Below are positions 37,379-47,704 of a DNA stretch of 64,000 bases, piece by piece. Source of the stretch: an uncultured bacterium (lineage in GTDB: Bacteria; Actinomycetota; Acidimicrobiia; Spongiisociales; UBA5794); NCBI GenBank assembly GCA_963801165.1, contig CAWDDT010000009.1:32001-96000 (forward strand). Direction: 5' to 3'. A model generated the notes under the pieces. It was given only the letters and a program-made list of their open reading frames with translations, was not told the DNA's origin and made no database searches. Position 1 is the first letter of the stretch. Each line of letters opens with the position of its first letter. The position numbers and the translations under genes are program-made.

Positions 37379-38446
37379 GTGCGGATTCTCCTCGTGACTC
37401 CGCCGTGGATCCGGGTACCCCCCATGGCATATGGGGGAATAGAGCTGGTTGTCAGCGGCCTGGCCGACGGGCTGGTGGACGCTGGACACGAAGTGACATT
37501 GGTGGCGCCGGGGGGCTCGGAGACACGGGCAGAGCTGAAGGCCGTCTTCGACGAGCCGATGTTCGAGCACCTGGGCGACGCCCGGATCGAAACCGTCCAG
37601 GCACTAAGCGCGTATCGGCTGCGGCACGAATACGACATCGTCCACGACCACACCGCGGCAGTCGGTCCCGCTCTTGCCTCGCTGGCCGACGGCCCGCCGG
37701 TGGTCCATACTCTGCACCACGCCTGGGACCCGGTGCAGGCGGAGCTGGCGCGGCTGGTCTCCCCGCCCGTGCGGTTGGTGGCGATCAGCCGTTCCCAGGC
37801 GCGGCTTGCTCCCGAGGACGTCACCATCCCGTTCATTGTCCACAACGGCATCCCGATGGAGCGCTACCCGTTTTGCGCCGACAAGGACGACTACCTGCTC
37901 TGGGTGGGTCGCGCCAGCCCCGACAAAGGGCCGAAGACCGCAGTCGAGGTGGCCACACGTCTCGAACGGCCCCTGGTGGTTGTGATCAAGATCAACCAAC
38001 GAGATGAGCACGAGTACTGGGAAGGAGTCGTCGAGCCATCAATCGCGGCAAGCCCGATCCCGGTCGAAGTTGTTCCCAACGCCGGGCACGAGCGGAAAAC
38101 CGAGCTGATGGCCAGGGCTTCCGCCGTACTGATGCCGGTCGCCTGGGAGGAGCCCTTCGGGTTGGTGATGCCCGAGGCAAATGCGTGCGGCACGGCGGTT
38201 GTTGCTTTTGATCGGGGAGCGGTGCCAGAGGTCATCGATGATGGGATCACTGGCTTTGTGGTTCCGCCGGGCGACATAGACGCCTTCTGCGCTGCCGTCG
38301 ACCGCACGGGTGAGATCGACCCGGAAGCGTGTCGTGCCCACGTCGAAGAGAGGTTCTCGGCGAAGCGAATGGTCGCCGGCTACGAGCGTGCTTACGAGAT
38401 GGTGGAGGCGATCGATCTGAGAGGCGGCGTCACCGTAGTGTTGTGA
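37379..38446 (+). CDS. Glycosyltransferase family 4
   Basis: VPP.AYGGIE, HNGI, GR..PDKG, WEEPFGLVMPEA.ACGT. Confidence 0.92.
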   Translation: MRILLVTPPWIRVPPMAYGGIELVVSGLADGLVDAGHEVTLVAPGGSETRAELKAVFDEPMFEHLGDARIETVQALSAYRLRHEYDIVHDHTAAVGPALASLADGPPVVHTLHHAWDPVQAELARLVSPPVRLVAISRSQARLAPEDVTIPFIVHNGIPMERYPFCADKDDYLLWVGRASPDKGPKTAVEVATRLERPLVVVIKINQRDEHEYWEGVVEPSIAASPIPVEVVPNAGHERKTELMARASAVLMPVAWEEPFGLVMPEANACGTAVVAFDRGAVPEVIDDGITGFVVPPGDIDAFCAAVDRTGEIDPEACRAHVEERFSAKRMVAGYERAYEMVEAIDLRGGVTVVL

Positions 38447-38477
38447 TCTGCTGCCGGTGCGGCGTAGCCTTACTCGA

Positions 38478-40601
38478 ATGGTGTACAAGGAGAGGCAGGA
38501 GAGCCGGTCGGACCAGGGTGCATGGTCGGAGATCGGACGGGTTCCTGCCCGAGCCGGACGTGAGATCTACACCATTGCCGGGCGAGCATTCTGTGTGTCC
38601 GGCCGCAGCGGCAACATCACCGCGTTGGGCCCGCAAGGCTTCTTCAACGACGACACCCGGTTCCTCTCAGGCTTCCGGCTCCTGGTAGACGGTGTCGATC
38701 CCCAGGTCGTCGACGCCACTTCGGTGGACGCAGATGAGGCCGTGTTCTTCTTGAGGACCCGGGCGCCTGAGCAAGATCCGTATGACGAGCCAGGGCTGAT
38801 AATCCGCCGGCACCGCTACCAGGGTCCCACGGTGCATGAGGACATCATCATCAGAAACCGGAGCGGTCGGGCAACGGTGGTGACAGTCGAGCTGCAAATC
38901 GACGTTGACTTCGCCGATCTCCTGGATGTGCATCTCGCGGGACCGGTTGCTGATCGCCGGATCCGAGCTCATGCTTCGGATGGTGAGCTTGTCTTCAGCT
39001 ACAGCCGGGAGGGCTTCGAGCGGGAGACGAGCGTGGCGACGTCGGAGCCGGCGACCATCGAGCGTGAGAAGCTCAGTCTCGTGTGCAGCATCGATGCCGG
39101 GGAGCAGTGGCGAACTTGCGTCGACATCGTGCCGATCGTCAATGGGACACGTTTGCCCATCGAGCGAACCTGCCGCGGTGGTCGCCGCAGCGTCGCCGCC
39201 ACCGGCACGCCCCGCCAGATGGGCCGGATTCCCGAGTTGCGCTCATCGGCCGATGCCCTGGAGCACCTGTGGGAGCACAGCCTGGCCGATCTGGCCGCGC
39301 TCGAGATACGGATGGGTGGGGTGCGGGCATTTGCTGCCGGGATCCCCTGGTACGTAGCGCTGTTCGGGCGGGACAGCATCCTCACCTCGATCGAGGCAAC
39401 TCTGCTCGATCCCGACGTCGCGTTCGGTACCGCGCAACTGCTTGGGGAACTGCAGGGCACCAAGACGGACCCTGCGATGTCGGAAGAGCCGGGCAAGATC
39501 CTCCATGAGGTTCGGTTCGGCGAGCGGAGCTACCCGCACGACCAGATGAGCCGCTACTACGGGAGCGTGGACACCACGCCGTTGTGGTGCATGCAGCTGG
39601 ACAAGATGTATCGCTGGGGTGTTGAGCCTGCACGGATCGAGCAGTTGCTGCCCAACGTGAGGGCCGCGGCCGGTTGGATACGTCGGCAGCTCGAGGTCGG
39701 TGACGGCCTCCTGGTGTACGAAGGTGACAGCACCCGGCTCAGCAACCAGGGCTGGAAGGATTCGAGTGATTCCATGGTCGCGGCCGACGGCTCGCTGCTC
39801 GAGCCTCCGATCGCGGTTGTCGAAGTGCAGGGATATGCCGTTGCGGCGCTCCGGTCGGCAGCACGGATCGAGAACGACCTGGGGGATGCGTCGGTGTCCG
39901 GCCGGCTGCGGGCTGAGGCCGACGAGTTGCAGCAGCGTATCGAGGATCGGTTCTGGCGCTCCGAGCTGGGAACCTTCGACATGGCGCTCGGTAAGGGTGG
40001 CAGACCGGCCAACACGGTGTCGTCGAACGCCGGGCACCTGCTCTGGGCGGAGGCGGTGACAGCCGAGAAGGCGGAGGCGGTTGCCGGGTCGCTGTCCAGC
40101 GACGACCTCTGGTCGGGCTGGGGGATCCGCACACTCGCCGAGAGTCATGTCTCTTTTCACCCGCTGTCTTACCACCGCGGCAGCGTCTGGCCCCACGACA
40201 CCATGCTGGCGATCGCAGGTCTGATGTCGTACGGGTTCGTCGATCAGGCTCTCGAGGTGGCTGGTGGTCTGCTGGCGGCGGCGGCGCACTTCTCCTATGA
40301 GCTGCCGGAGCTGTTCTCGGGTTTCTCCCGCAACGAGGTATCTCAGCCGGTGGCGTACCCGACCAGCTCGTCCCCGCAGGCGTGGGCCGCTGCTGTTCCC
40401 ATCTATCTCACCGAGCAGTTGCTCGGGTTACGCCCGGACCTACCCGCGGGTCGGGTTGTCGTCGATCCGCACCTCCCCGACGGTGTCCAGCTGCAGCTCG
40501 ACGATCTTCGTCTCGGTGGGGGGACCCTCTCATTACGAGCGGAGGGGCGGAGCGTCCAGTTCTTCGAGGTCCCCACCGGCGTCGACGTCGTGGTCCGCTG
40601 A
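38478..40601 (+). CDS. Amylo-alpha-1,6-glucosidase / glycogen debranching-like glycoside hydrolase
   Basis: AAGIPWY.ALFGRDS, EEPGKILHE, YYGSVD.TPL, NQGWKDS, SYHRGSVWPHD, PQAW. Confidence 0.9.
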   Translation: MVYKERQESRSDQGAWSEIGRVPARAGREIYTIAGRAFCVSGRSGNITALGPQGFFNDDTRFLSGFRLLVDGVDPQVVDATSVDADEAVFFLRTRAPEQDPYDEPGLIIRRHRYQGPTVHEDIIIRNRSGRATVVTVELQIDVDFADLLDVHLAGPVADRRIRAHASDGELVFSYSREGFERETSVATSEPATIEREKLSLVCSIDAGEQWRTCVDIVPIVNGTRLPIERTCRGGRRSVAATGTPRQMGRIPELRSSADALEHLWEHSLADLAALEIRMGGVRAFAAGIPWYVALFGRDSILTSIEATLLDPDVAFGTAQLLGELQGTKTDPAMSEEPGKILHEVRFGERSYPHDQMSRYYGSVDTTPLWCMQLDKMYRWGVEPARIEQLLPNVRAAAGWIRRQLEVGDGLLVYEGDSTRLSNQGWKDSSDSMVAADGSLLEPPIAVVEVQGYAVAALRSAARIENDLGDASVSGRLRAEADELQQRIEDRFWRSELGTFDMALGKGGRPANTVSSNAGHLLWAEAVTAEKAEAVAGSLSSDDLWSGWGIRTLAESHVSFHPLSYHRGSVWPHDTMLAIAGLMSYGFVDQALEVAGGLLAAAAHFSYELPELFSGFSRNEVSQPVAYPTSSSPQAWAAAVPIYLTEQLLGLRPDLPAGRVVVDPHLPDGVQLQLDDLRLGGGTLSLRAEGRSVQFFEVPTGVDVVVR

Positions 40602-40660
40602 GGACCGGTAACGCTGTCGGGATCAATGGTGGTGGTTGGCCCGGTGGTGCATCGGCCGTG

Positions 40661-40903
40661 CTACCCGCGCCGGGTGCGATAGCCGAGCAGGGCGCCGACG
40701 ACCGCGCCGAGCGGCACGAGAACCCCCCGTGTTGCCGGGTCCGCTACCAATTCGGCCATGCGGCCGGCCGGCATCGTCAGTACGGCGAGCATCCCGACAA
40801 ACAATGCGGCGGTGGCTCCGAAGACCACCCCTACAGAGACGCGCGCCAGCCGGTTCGCACGGGGTGTGTAATACATCACAGGTCTGCCTCCTTCGACTGT
40901 CAC
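40661..40903 (-). CDS. Small two-TM hypothetical protein
   Basis: Two hydrophobic helices; fills the intergenic gap; start uncertain. Confidence 0.45.
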   Translation of the reverse strand: MTVEGGRPVMYYTPRANRLARVSVGVVFGATAALFVGMLAVLTMPAGRMAELVADPATRGVLVPLGAVVGALLGYRTRRG

Positions 40904-41065
40904 GTGTGTGACGCACGAGAGAGGCGAAAGGGTTCCCTCGAGCTAGATATGCGGTTTGCGAGCGGGGTCTGTTGTTCAGCAACACCATGCCGAGAGGAGG
41001 CGGCCCCGAGAAAGGGGCGGCACGTTCTGGTTGGCGGAGTGAGCGGTGGCGACGAGACTGGGCGT

Positions 41066-41911
41066 ATGAGCGAAGCACCCACCGCCGTCTCGCGAGCCGA
41101 TCTTCCCTCCGCAGACGACCTCTACGACGAGATCGCGGGCCGTCTCGAAGGAGAGCGGTCTGCCCTGTTCTTCGACTACGACGGTGTGCTGACCCCGATC
41201 ATCTGTCACCCCGATCTGGCCGTGCTGTCCGCTGAGATGCGTCGCGTGCTCACCGATCTGGCTGCGGTGACGACGGTGGCGGTGGTCAGCGGGCGGGACG
41301 TTGCCGATGTGCGTGGCAAGGTGCGGCTGCCCGGCATCTACTACGCCGGCAGCCACGGGTTCGATATCGTCGGGCCCGATGGAGAGCCTGTTGTCGACGA
41401 GCGGCTCGAGCGATTCCACGTCTACCTGGGCCCGCTCGACCAGGTCGCCGGGATGCTCGGCGAGCGGCTCGGCGATGTTGCCGGTGCCCGGGTGGAGCGG
41501 AAGCGCTTTGCGATCACCGTGCACTACCGGCAGGTCGCAGACGAGGACTATGCCGCAGTTGAAGCGGCGGTCACCGAGACGGCGCCGCACTTTCCGCTGC
41601 TCCGGGTCGAGACCGGCAAGAAGATCTTCGAGTTCCGGCCCGACTTCGCCTGGGACAAGGGAAAGGCGCTCGAGTGGCTGCTCGCCGAGTTGGATCTGAC
41701 CGGATCCGACGTAGTCCCGGTGTATTTCGGTGACGACACTACCGACGAGGATGCCTTCCGTGTCGTCGCGAGCGATGGCATAGGCATTGTGGTGGGCCGG
41801 GACGGCGACCCGTCGCTCGCCCGCTACGCCCTCGACAACACGGACGAGGTGCGGGTGTTCCTGGCCCGGCTCGCCGCTGATCTACGGCCGGGATCAGGCG
41901 AACTGCACTGA
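41066..41911 (+). CDS. otsB: Trehalose-6-phosphate phosphatase
   Basis: FFDYDGVLTPI, VSGR, YAGSHG, WDKGKA, GDDTTDEDAF. Confidence 0.93.
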   Translation: MSEAPTAVSRADLPSADDLYDEIAGRLEGERSALFFDYDGVLTPIICHPDLAVLSAEMRRVLTDLAAVTTVAVVSGRDVADVRGKVRLPGIYYAGSHGFDIVGPDGEPVVDERLERFHVYLGPLDQVAGMLGERLGDVAGARVERKRFAITVHYRQVADEDYAAVEAAVTETAPHFPLLRVETGKKIFEFRPDFAWDKGKALEWLLAELDLTGSDVVPVYFGDDTTDEDAFRVVASDGIGIVVGRDGDPSLARYALDNTDEVRVFLARLAADLRPGSGELH

Positions 41912-42769
41912 GCGCTTGGCGAAGCCAAACTGGAAATCGTCGATAACCGTTTGTGGTGGCTGCTCGGGGTCGGTTGCTGCCCCGAGGGCGATGAACAACG
42001 GGGTGAAGTGATCAACCGTGGGGTGGGCGTACGGCATCCCGGGAGCCGTCTCGAACGCAGCCAGCGTCTCGAGATCACCCCTTTCGAGCGCATCGGCCAC
42101 CCAGGCGTCGAACTCGGCAGACCAACCGGGTACCACGTTGTGCTCGAACATCTCGCGGGTGGCAAAGCGAAGGCCGTGGGTCATGAACCCGGAGCCGACC
42201 ACCAGCACCCCCTCATCGCGCAGCGGTGCCAGCCGTCGTCCCAGGGCCATCAACCGAGCCGGGTCGTGGGTTGGCATGCTGAGCTGGAGCACGGGCACAT
42301 CTGCATACGGGTACATCACCTTGAGTGGCACCCAGGCGCCATGGTCGAGACCGCGGGTCGGGTGTTGATAGAGCGGCTCCGCGTCGGGCATCATCGCTGC
42401 CACCCGGATCGCCAGACCCATCGCATCCGGGGTGGGATAGGTCATCTGGTAGTAGCGCGGAGCGAAGCCGCCAAAGTCATACACGAGAGGTGTACCGGCA
42501 CCGGGGGCCGACAGCGCCGGCGGGGCCGTTTCCCAGTGTGCGCTCACGATCACGATCCCCTTCGGCTTTGGCATGGCCTGCGACCAGGTGAACAGCTGGT
42601 CGATCCAATGGGGGTCGTCGAAGACCGGTGGGGCGCCGTGACTCAGGTAGAGGGCAGGCATCGGACCGTCGGCCTCGGTCCATGTTTTGGCCGTTTTCGC
42701 CTCGGGCGCCCGCCCTGCCAGGAAGGCGTCAAACGGCGCTCCCGGCATCTCAGGATGGATGATGCTCAT
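41894..42769 (-). CDS. LigB/DODA-type extradiol dioxygenase
   Basis: LSHGAP, SAHW, RGLDHGAWVPL, GSG..TH, HPT.DHF.PL. Confidence 0.9.
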   Translation of the reverse strand: MSIIHPEMPGAPFDAFLAGRAPEAKTAKTWTEADGPMPALYLSHGAPPVFDDPHWIDQLFTWSQAMPKPKGIVIVSAHWETAPPALSAPGAGTPLVYDFGGFAPRYYQMTYPTPDAMGLAIRVAAMMPDAEPLYQHPTRGLDHGAWVPLKVMYPYADVPVLQLSMPTHDPARLMALGRRLAPLRDEGVLVVGSGFMTHGLRFATREMFEHNVVPGWSAEFDAWVADALERGDLETLAAFETAPGMPYAHPTVDHFTPLFIALGAATDPEQPPQTVIDDFQFGFAKRSVQFA

Positions 42770-42912
42770 AGGATCAGGCTACCGAAGGTGGGAACCGACG
42801 GTGACGGTGTCTCCGTAGTGGGGGATACACGATTGACCGCAGGCGGGCGCAGCGCACTTCCGGAGGAGCCCCGTGCGGTCCCGGCAATAACGACGACGAA
42901 ACGGACACAGCG

Positions 42913-43656
42913 ATGTCAGGCAGCAGAAACCGGAGAATCATCGGCTATTCGATCGGCGCATTGGTGGCGCTCGGCGTCGTCGCGGTAGCGGCCTATTTCT
43001 TCTTCTTTGGATCGGCTCCCGACGAGGTCTCGCTTGGGTCCGCCGTCGAGAGTGCCCAGCAAGCCGCCGACGCCAGTCAGCCGGCCGCAACCCCGGACGG
43101 CATCGCGGGCACGTGGGTTGTCGACACGTCCGTCGGTGACTTCAGCTTCGAGGACTCGACGGCGTCGTTCGTCGGTTTCCGCATCCAGGAGCAGCTGGTT
43201 GGAGTTGGGGCGACGACGGCCGTGGGTCGTACCCCAACCATCGACGGGACGCTGACCATCGCAGGGACGACTGTCACCGGGGCAACCATCACGGCCGACA
43301 TGACCGACATCGTCACCAACAACTCGAAGCGCAACGGTCGGGTCCAGGAAGCGCTCTCCACCAGCGACTTCCCGATTGCCACCTTCACCCTGACCCAGCC
43401 CTTTGACATCGGCTCGGAGCCGGCCGACGGTGACCAGTTCTCTGTAACCGCCGTCGGGGATCTGACCATTGCCGGTGTGACCAACCAGGTCGAAGTCCCG
43501 CTCGAGGCTCAGGTCGTCGGTGACCTCGTTGTCGTGGTCGGTTCTGTGGACATCGACTTCACCGACTGGAACGTATCGGTCCCTTCCGCTCCTGTGGTCG
43601 TGTCGGCAGAGAATCAAGGGCCGATTGAGATGCAGCTGTACTTCACGAGGGGGTGA
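42913..43656 (+). CDS. Membrane-anchored YceI family protein
   Basis: N-terminal TM; VGFRIQE.L, L.T.DFP.ATF, GDLTI.GVT. Confidence 0.85.
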   Translation: MSGSRNRRIIGYSIGALVALGVVAVAAYFFFFGSAPDEVSLGSAVESAQQAADASQPAATPDGIAGTWVVDTSVGDFSFEDSTASFVGFRIQEQLVGVGATTAVGRTPTIDGTLTIAGTTVTGATITADMTDIVTNNSKRNGRVQEALSTSDFPIATFTLTQPFDIGSEPADGDQFSVTAVGDLTIAGVTNQVEVPLEAQVVGDLVVVVGSVDIDFTDWNVSVPSAPVVVSAENQGPIEMQLYFTRG

Positions 43657-43663
43657 GCCAGGC

Positions 43664-44266
43664 TCACGCCCCCAACAGCGTGGCGACCGTCTGCTCCAGC
43701 TCGTCGTAGGCGCCTTCACCGACGTGATCGAACCGGATCAACCCGTCCTGATCGAGCACGTAGGTGCGGGGCCAGTAGGCGGGGCTGCCCTGCCAGGCGT
43801 GGAAGTTGTGTCTGTCGGTGTCGAGGGCGATGGGCCACGTCACGCCTAGATCCTGTGCTGCAGTGAGGATCGAATCGGGGTCGCGCTCGTAGTCGAACTC
43901 GGGGGAGTGGACACCGACGATCTCGAGACCCTTGTCGTGGTATTGGGCGTAGATGTCCTGAAGATAGGGGATCGTGTTCTTGCAGTTGTAGCAACCGAAC
44001 GTCCAGAACCAGACGATCACCACCTGCCCGTGCAAATCGTCGAGCGCGCTTATGTCGGTTTGCAGCCAGCCGTCCAGGTCGGAGAGAGCCAGCGCCTGGC
44101 CCAGCATCGGCGGTTCGGGTGCGGCGGTCGTGGTGGTCGCGGTCGCCGTTGTGGTAGTCGCCGGGGCGGCCTCAGTCGCGGCGACGGCCGATGGGTCGTT
44201 GCTGCGCACGGCGAGGGCGCCGGCGGCTGCCAGCACCAGAACGAGTATGGCCAGGACGATTCGCAT
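43664..44266 (-). CDS. Exported thioredoxin-like redoxin (DipZ-type)
   Basis: FWTFGCYNC, GVHSPEF, YWP, GEGAY. Confidence 0.88.
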   Translation of the reverse strand: MRIVLAILVLVLAAAGALAVRSNDPSAVAATEAAPATTTTATATTTTAAPEPPMLGQALALSDLDGWLQTDISALDDLHGQVVIVWFWTFGCYNCKNTIPYLQDIYAQYHDKGLEIVGVHSPEFDYERDPDSILTAAQDLGVTWPIALDTDRHNFHAWQGSPAYWPRTYVLDQDGLIRFDHVGEGAYDELEQTVATLLGA

Positions 44267-44438
44267 GACCCAACCTTGCCAGACCGGGGATCGCTCCGGG
44301 ACGAAAACCGGATTACAAAAAGCTGAACATCGCCGGCCGGCGATCAGGCACCCCTTCCAATTTCTTGTGGTTTACCCGGTCTTTCCTACGGCCCCGGCAA
44401 CAGGGTCTTCCGGCCCTAGGTAAATGGCACCGTCTTGG

Positions 44439-44460
44439 TACATTTATAGGCATGCCTAAA
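44439..44460 (+). promoter_or_regulatory. -10 element and palindromic DtxR-family operator over a probably leaderless start
   Basis: TACATT at 44439-44444, 7 nt before ATG 44452; palindrome TAGGCATGCCTA at 44447-44458. Confidence 0.6.
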
Positions 44461-45171
44461 GAATCCGTCGCCGAAGTTACAGCCTTGCCCGAACTCAGCA
44501 CGACCTCGGAGGCCGAGCAGATGTACCTGATCACCGTCGCCCGGGCGGTGGAAGCCGGCACCGAGGGCCCGGTGTCGATCGCCAGAATCGCCGGGGCGCT
44601 TCAGGTCTCGGTGCCGTCGGCCAACGAGATGGTGCGCAAGCTCGACAGCAGAGGGCTGCTCGTCTACGAGCCCTATCACGGGGCGCAACTCAGCGCCGCG
44701 GGGCGCGCCCTTGCCAACCAGGTTTTGCGCACCCGCCGGTTGTGGGCCACCTTCCTGGCCGGGCATCTGGGTTTCGATGCGGCGGAGGCCGATGAACAGG
44801 CCTGCTCGCTCGAACACGCCACGACCGGCGAAGCGGCCGATCGGCTCGCCGAGTATCTGGGTAACCCCGCTGCTGGTCCGCTCGGCCAGCCGATACCCAC
44901 CAAGGGCCTCTCAGTGCCACCGCCGGCGCCGGTGCGTCTCGACGATCTGCCGGTCGGCGTCCTCGCCGAAGTCGTCGCGGTCACCGCCGTTGGCCGGAGT
45001 CGCGAGTTCCTCCGCTCGGAGAACGTCATCCCGGGCGTCACGCTGACGATCACCGCCGCGGGGAGCTCCGGGCTGCTTGTCGATCTCACCGACCGCGAGG
45101 TTCATCTCAGCAACAGGCTCGCCGCCTCGATCGACGTGCGCCGCGTAGGGGGTCATCGTGCTTCGGCGTAG
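44452..45171 (+). CDS. DtxR/MntR family metal-dependent regulator with FeoA domain
   Basis: EQMYL..., IA..LQVS.PSANEMVRKL, RRLW..FL, AC.LEH, G.PIP. Confidence 0.9.
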   Translation: MPKESVAEVTALPELSTTSEAEQMYLITVARAVEAGTEGPVSIARIAGALQVSVPSANEMVRKLDSRGLLVYEPYHGAQLSAAGRALANQVLRTRRLWATFLAGHLGFDAAEADEQACSLEHATTGEAADRLAEYLGNPAAGPLGQPIPTKGLSVPPPAPVRLDDLPVGVLAEVVAVTAVGRSREFLRSENVIPGVTLTITAAGSSGLLVDLTDREVHLSNRLAASIDVRRVGGHRASA

Positions 45172-45418
45172 GACATCCGGGACACCGCCTGCGACGGGCC
45201 GACGAACCCTCGAGAAGACCCGGCGTGACGAAACAGTCCGTGTGGTGCGCGTGTCGGGCCGCCCCGTGCTGATCAGGCGACTTGCGGCACTCGGGCTGGT
45301 TCCCGGGGCGCAGTTGACGGTGATGAAACCGGCGAGTCCGCTGATCGTATCCCTGGGCGGAGCCCGCATCGCCATCGGCAGAACGGCGGCGTCGTCGGTA
45401 GAGGTCGAGGTTGGCTGA
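45158..45418 (+). CDS. feoA: Ferrous iron transport protein A
   Basis: RRLAALGLVPG...PLIV...RIAIG; immediately before feoB. Confidence 0.85.
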   Translation: MLRRRTSGTPPATGRRTLEKTRRDETVRVVRVSGRPVLIRRLAALGLVPGAQLTVMKPASPLIVSLGGARIAIGRTAASSVEVEVG

Positions 45419-47704
45419 ATGTCCTGCCCCACCTGCTCGTCGAGCCAGCGGACTCGCCACAGTCACGCCGATTGCGAGGCCGGAGACGACAGGGTTCGGA
45501 CGCGCGAGCATCCCATCGTCGCCGTCGCCGGATGTCCCAATGCGGGTAAGACCTCGCTGTTCAACCAGCTGACGGGTCTGCAGCAGAAGGTCGGCAACTG
45601 GCCGGGCCAGACCGTCGCCCAGTACACGGGACAGTTCCGGGTTGGGGAGCAGGAGTTCGCAGTGGTCGACCTTCCGGGCACCTACGGTCTGGTTGCGGTA
45701 TCCGCAGAAGAAGCAATCGCCGCAACGTACCTGGCGGAGGAACGGCCCGATGTTGTCGTGTCGGTGGTAGACGCGTCCAACCTGACGGGCAGCCTCCATC
45801 TCGTCGCGCAGATCGCCGAGGCCGGGCACCGGCAAGTCATCGCGCTGAACATGACAGACGTGGCCGAGCGAAGAGGCATCGAAATCGACGAGTCTGCACT
45901 GGCCCGCAGGCTGGGCGTCGAGGTGGTGCGGACCGTCGCCAGGAAGGGAACCGGCCTCGCCGAGCTGAGGCAGGCGATTGACCGGTGTCTGGAGCGCTCG
46001 CCGCAGCCACTGCGGGTGGACTACGGCCCGGTGGTCGAGCGTCACCTCGAGCGTCTGGTCGCCAACATCACCTCGAGCCCGGTCGCCGTCGAGCTCGGCT
46101 CCCCGCGATGGGCTGCGCTCCAATTACTCGCAGGGGACCACGGTCTACGGCGGAGACTCGCCGGAAGCGACGGCGGACGCGTGGTGCTGGAGGCCGCCGC
46201 CGCCGATCGGGACGGTATAACCGCCGAGGCCGAGTCCGAGTGTGAGATGGAGCTCGCCGAGCATCGGTTCAACTGGATCTCCGAACTCGTCGACGAGATG
46301 ACGGGATCGCTTCCCGCGGTCACGACATGGTCGGATCGGGCCGATCGGGTCTTGACGCACCGGTTCGTCGGTGTTCCCATATTCCTCGCGGTGATGTGGG
46401 TTGTTCTCCGGGTCACCGCCGACGTCACCGCACCGTATCTCGACTGGATCGAGAGCACCATCTCCGGGCCGATCTCCCGGTGGGTGGTGAGCCTTCTGTC
46501 GGTTGTCAGGCTGGGCGGTGGATGGGTAAAGAGCTTGATCGTCGATGGGGTCCTCGCCGGCGTCGGCAGCGTGCTGACCTTCGTGCCCGTTCTCTTCGGT
46601 CTGTACCTGATGCTTGCATTGCTCGAGGATTCCGGGTACATGTCGCGGGCTGCCGCCGTCATGGATCGGGCGATGCGCGCCATCGGCATCCCCGGCAAGG
46701 CCTTCCTGCCGATGATGGTGGGTTTCGGCTGCACCGTCCCGGCTGTGTATGCCACGAGGACACTCGACTCGCCACGGGATCGGCTGCTCACCGGTCTGAT
46801 CACCCCGTTCATGTCGTGTGGTGCCCGGCTCCCCGTCTACGTTCTCCTCGCCGGAGTCTTCTTTGCCAGGACCAAGAGCATGGTGGTCTTTGCGATGTAC
46901 CTGATCGGGATCGCAGTAGCGGTCGCCATCGGGTTCCTGCTCAGCCGCACCGTCATGCGCGAGGACGATCCCGCACCTTTGGTGATGGTGATGCCCGAGT
47001 TCCGGCTCCCCAGCATGAGAACCGTGTGGATCCTGGTGAAACAACGCACCGCGTCATTCATCAAGGGTGCCGGGACCACCATCCTCGTGGCGAGCATGGT
47101 GGTGTGGCTGCTGCTCTCGATCCCGCTGGGCGGCGGCGGTCACTTCGCAGACACGGATGTCGAGCACAGCGCCTTCGGGGTCGTCAGCAAAGGCATCGCG
47201 CCGATCTTGCGTCCGCTCGGTTTTGGCGATTGGGAGCAGTCCGGGTCGCTGCTCTCCGGCTTCGTTGCCAAGGAGGTGGTCGTCAGCACCATGGCCCAGC
47301 TCTACAGCACCGAAGGGCAGGCCGTCGTCGGTCCCGCTCCCAGCCTGGGCGACGATTTGCGTGATATCGGCAGATCGTTTGTCACCGCGGGCGTCGACAC
47401 GGTGCGCGCCATCCCCCGGGTGGTCGGTCTGGACTTCGTCGACCTCAACGACGACACAGGCACGGGTCTACAGACCGCCGTCCGCGACTCCTTTGCCGGG
47501 AGCAGCGGTGGTCACGGTGCTCTCGCGGCGTTTGCATTCATGGTCTTTGTTCTCCTCTACACGCCGTGTATGGCTGCAGTTGCCGCGTTCCGCCAGGAGT
47601 TCGGGACCAGGTGGATGTGGGTGAGCGTGATCGGTCAGTTTGCGATCGCCGGCGCCGGCGCCTTCGTCGTGTTCCAGGGCGGCAGATTGTTGGGGATCGG
47701 ATGA
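45419..47704 (+). CDS. feoB: Ferrous iron transport protein B
   Basis: GCPNAGKT, VGNWPG.TV, DLPGTY, LEDSGY, GFGC.VPA, PFMSC.ARL, LYTPC. Confidence 0.97.
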   Translation: MSCPTCSSSQRTRHSHADCEAGDDRVRTREHPIVAVAGCPNAGKTSLFNQLTGLQQKVGNWPGQTVAQYTGQFRVGEQEFAVVDLPGTYGLVAVSAEEAIAATYLAEERPDVVVSVVDASNLTGSLHLVAQIAEAGHRQVIALNMTDVAERRGIEIDESALARRLGVEVVRTVARKGTGLAELRQAIDRCLERSPQPLRVDYGPVVERHLERLVANITSSPVAVELGSPRWAALQLLAGDHGLRRRLAGSDGGRVVLEAAAADRDGITAEAESECEMELAEHRFNWISELVDEMTGSLPAVTTWSDRADRVLTHRFVGVPIFLAVMWVVLRVTADVTAPYLDWIESTISGPISRWVVSLLSVVRLGGGWVKSLIVDGVLAGVGSVLTFVPVLFGLYLMLALLEDSGYMSRAAAVMDRAMRAIGIPGKAFLPMMVGFGCTVPAVYATRTLDSPRDRLLTGLITPFMSCGARLPVYVLLAGVFFARTKSMVVFAMYLIGIAVAVAIGFLLSRTVMREDDPAPLVMVMPEFRLPSMRTVWILVKQRTASFIKGAGTTILVASMVVWLLLSIPLGGGGHFADTDVEHSAFGVVSKGIAPILRPLGFGDWEQSGSLLSGFVAKEVVVSTMAQLYSTEGQAVVGPAPSLGDDLRDIGRSFVTAGVDTVRAIPRVVGLDFVDLNDDTGTGLQTAVRDSFAGSSGGHGALAAFAFMVFVLLYTPCMAAVAAFRQEFGTRWMWVSVIGQFAIAGAGAFVVFQGGRLLGIG

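Noticed and set aside
40382-41065. Long N-terminal extension of OtsB
   Set aside because: Overlaps the hydrolase end and reads as non-coding; the HAD domain begins after ATG 41066.
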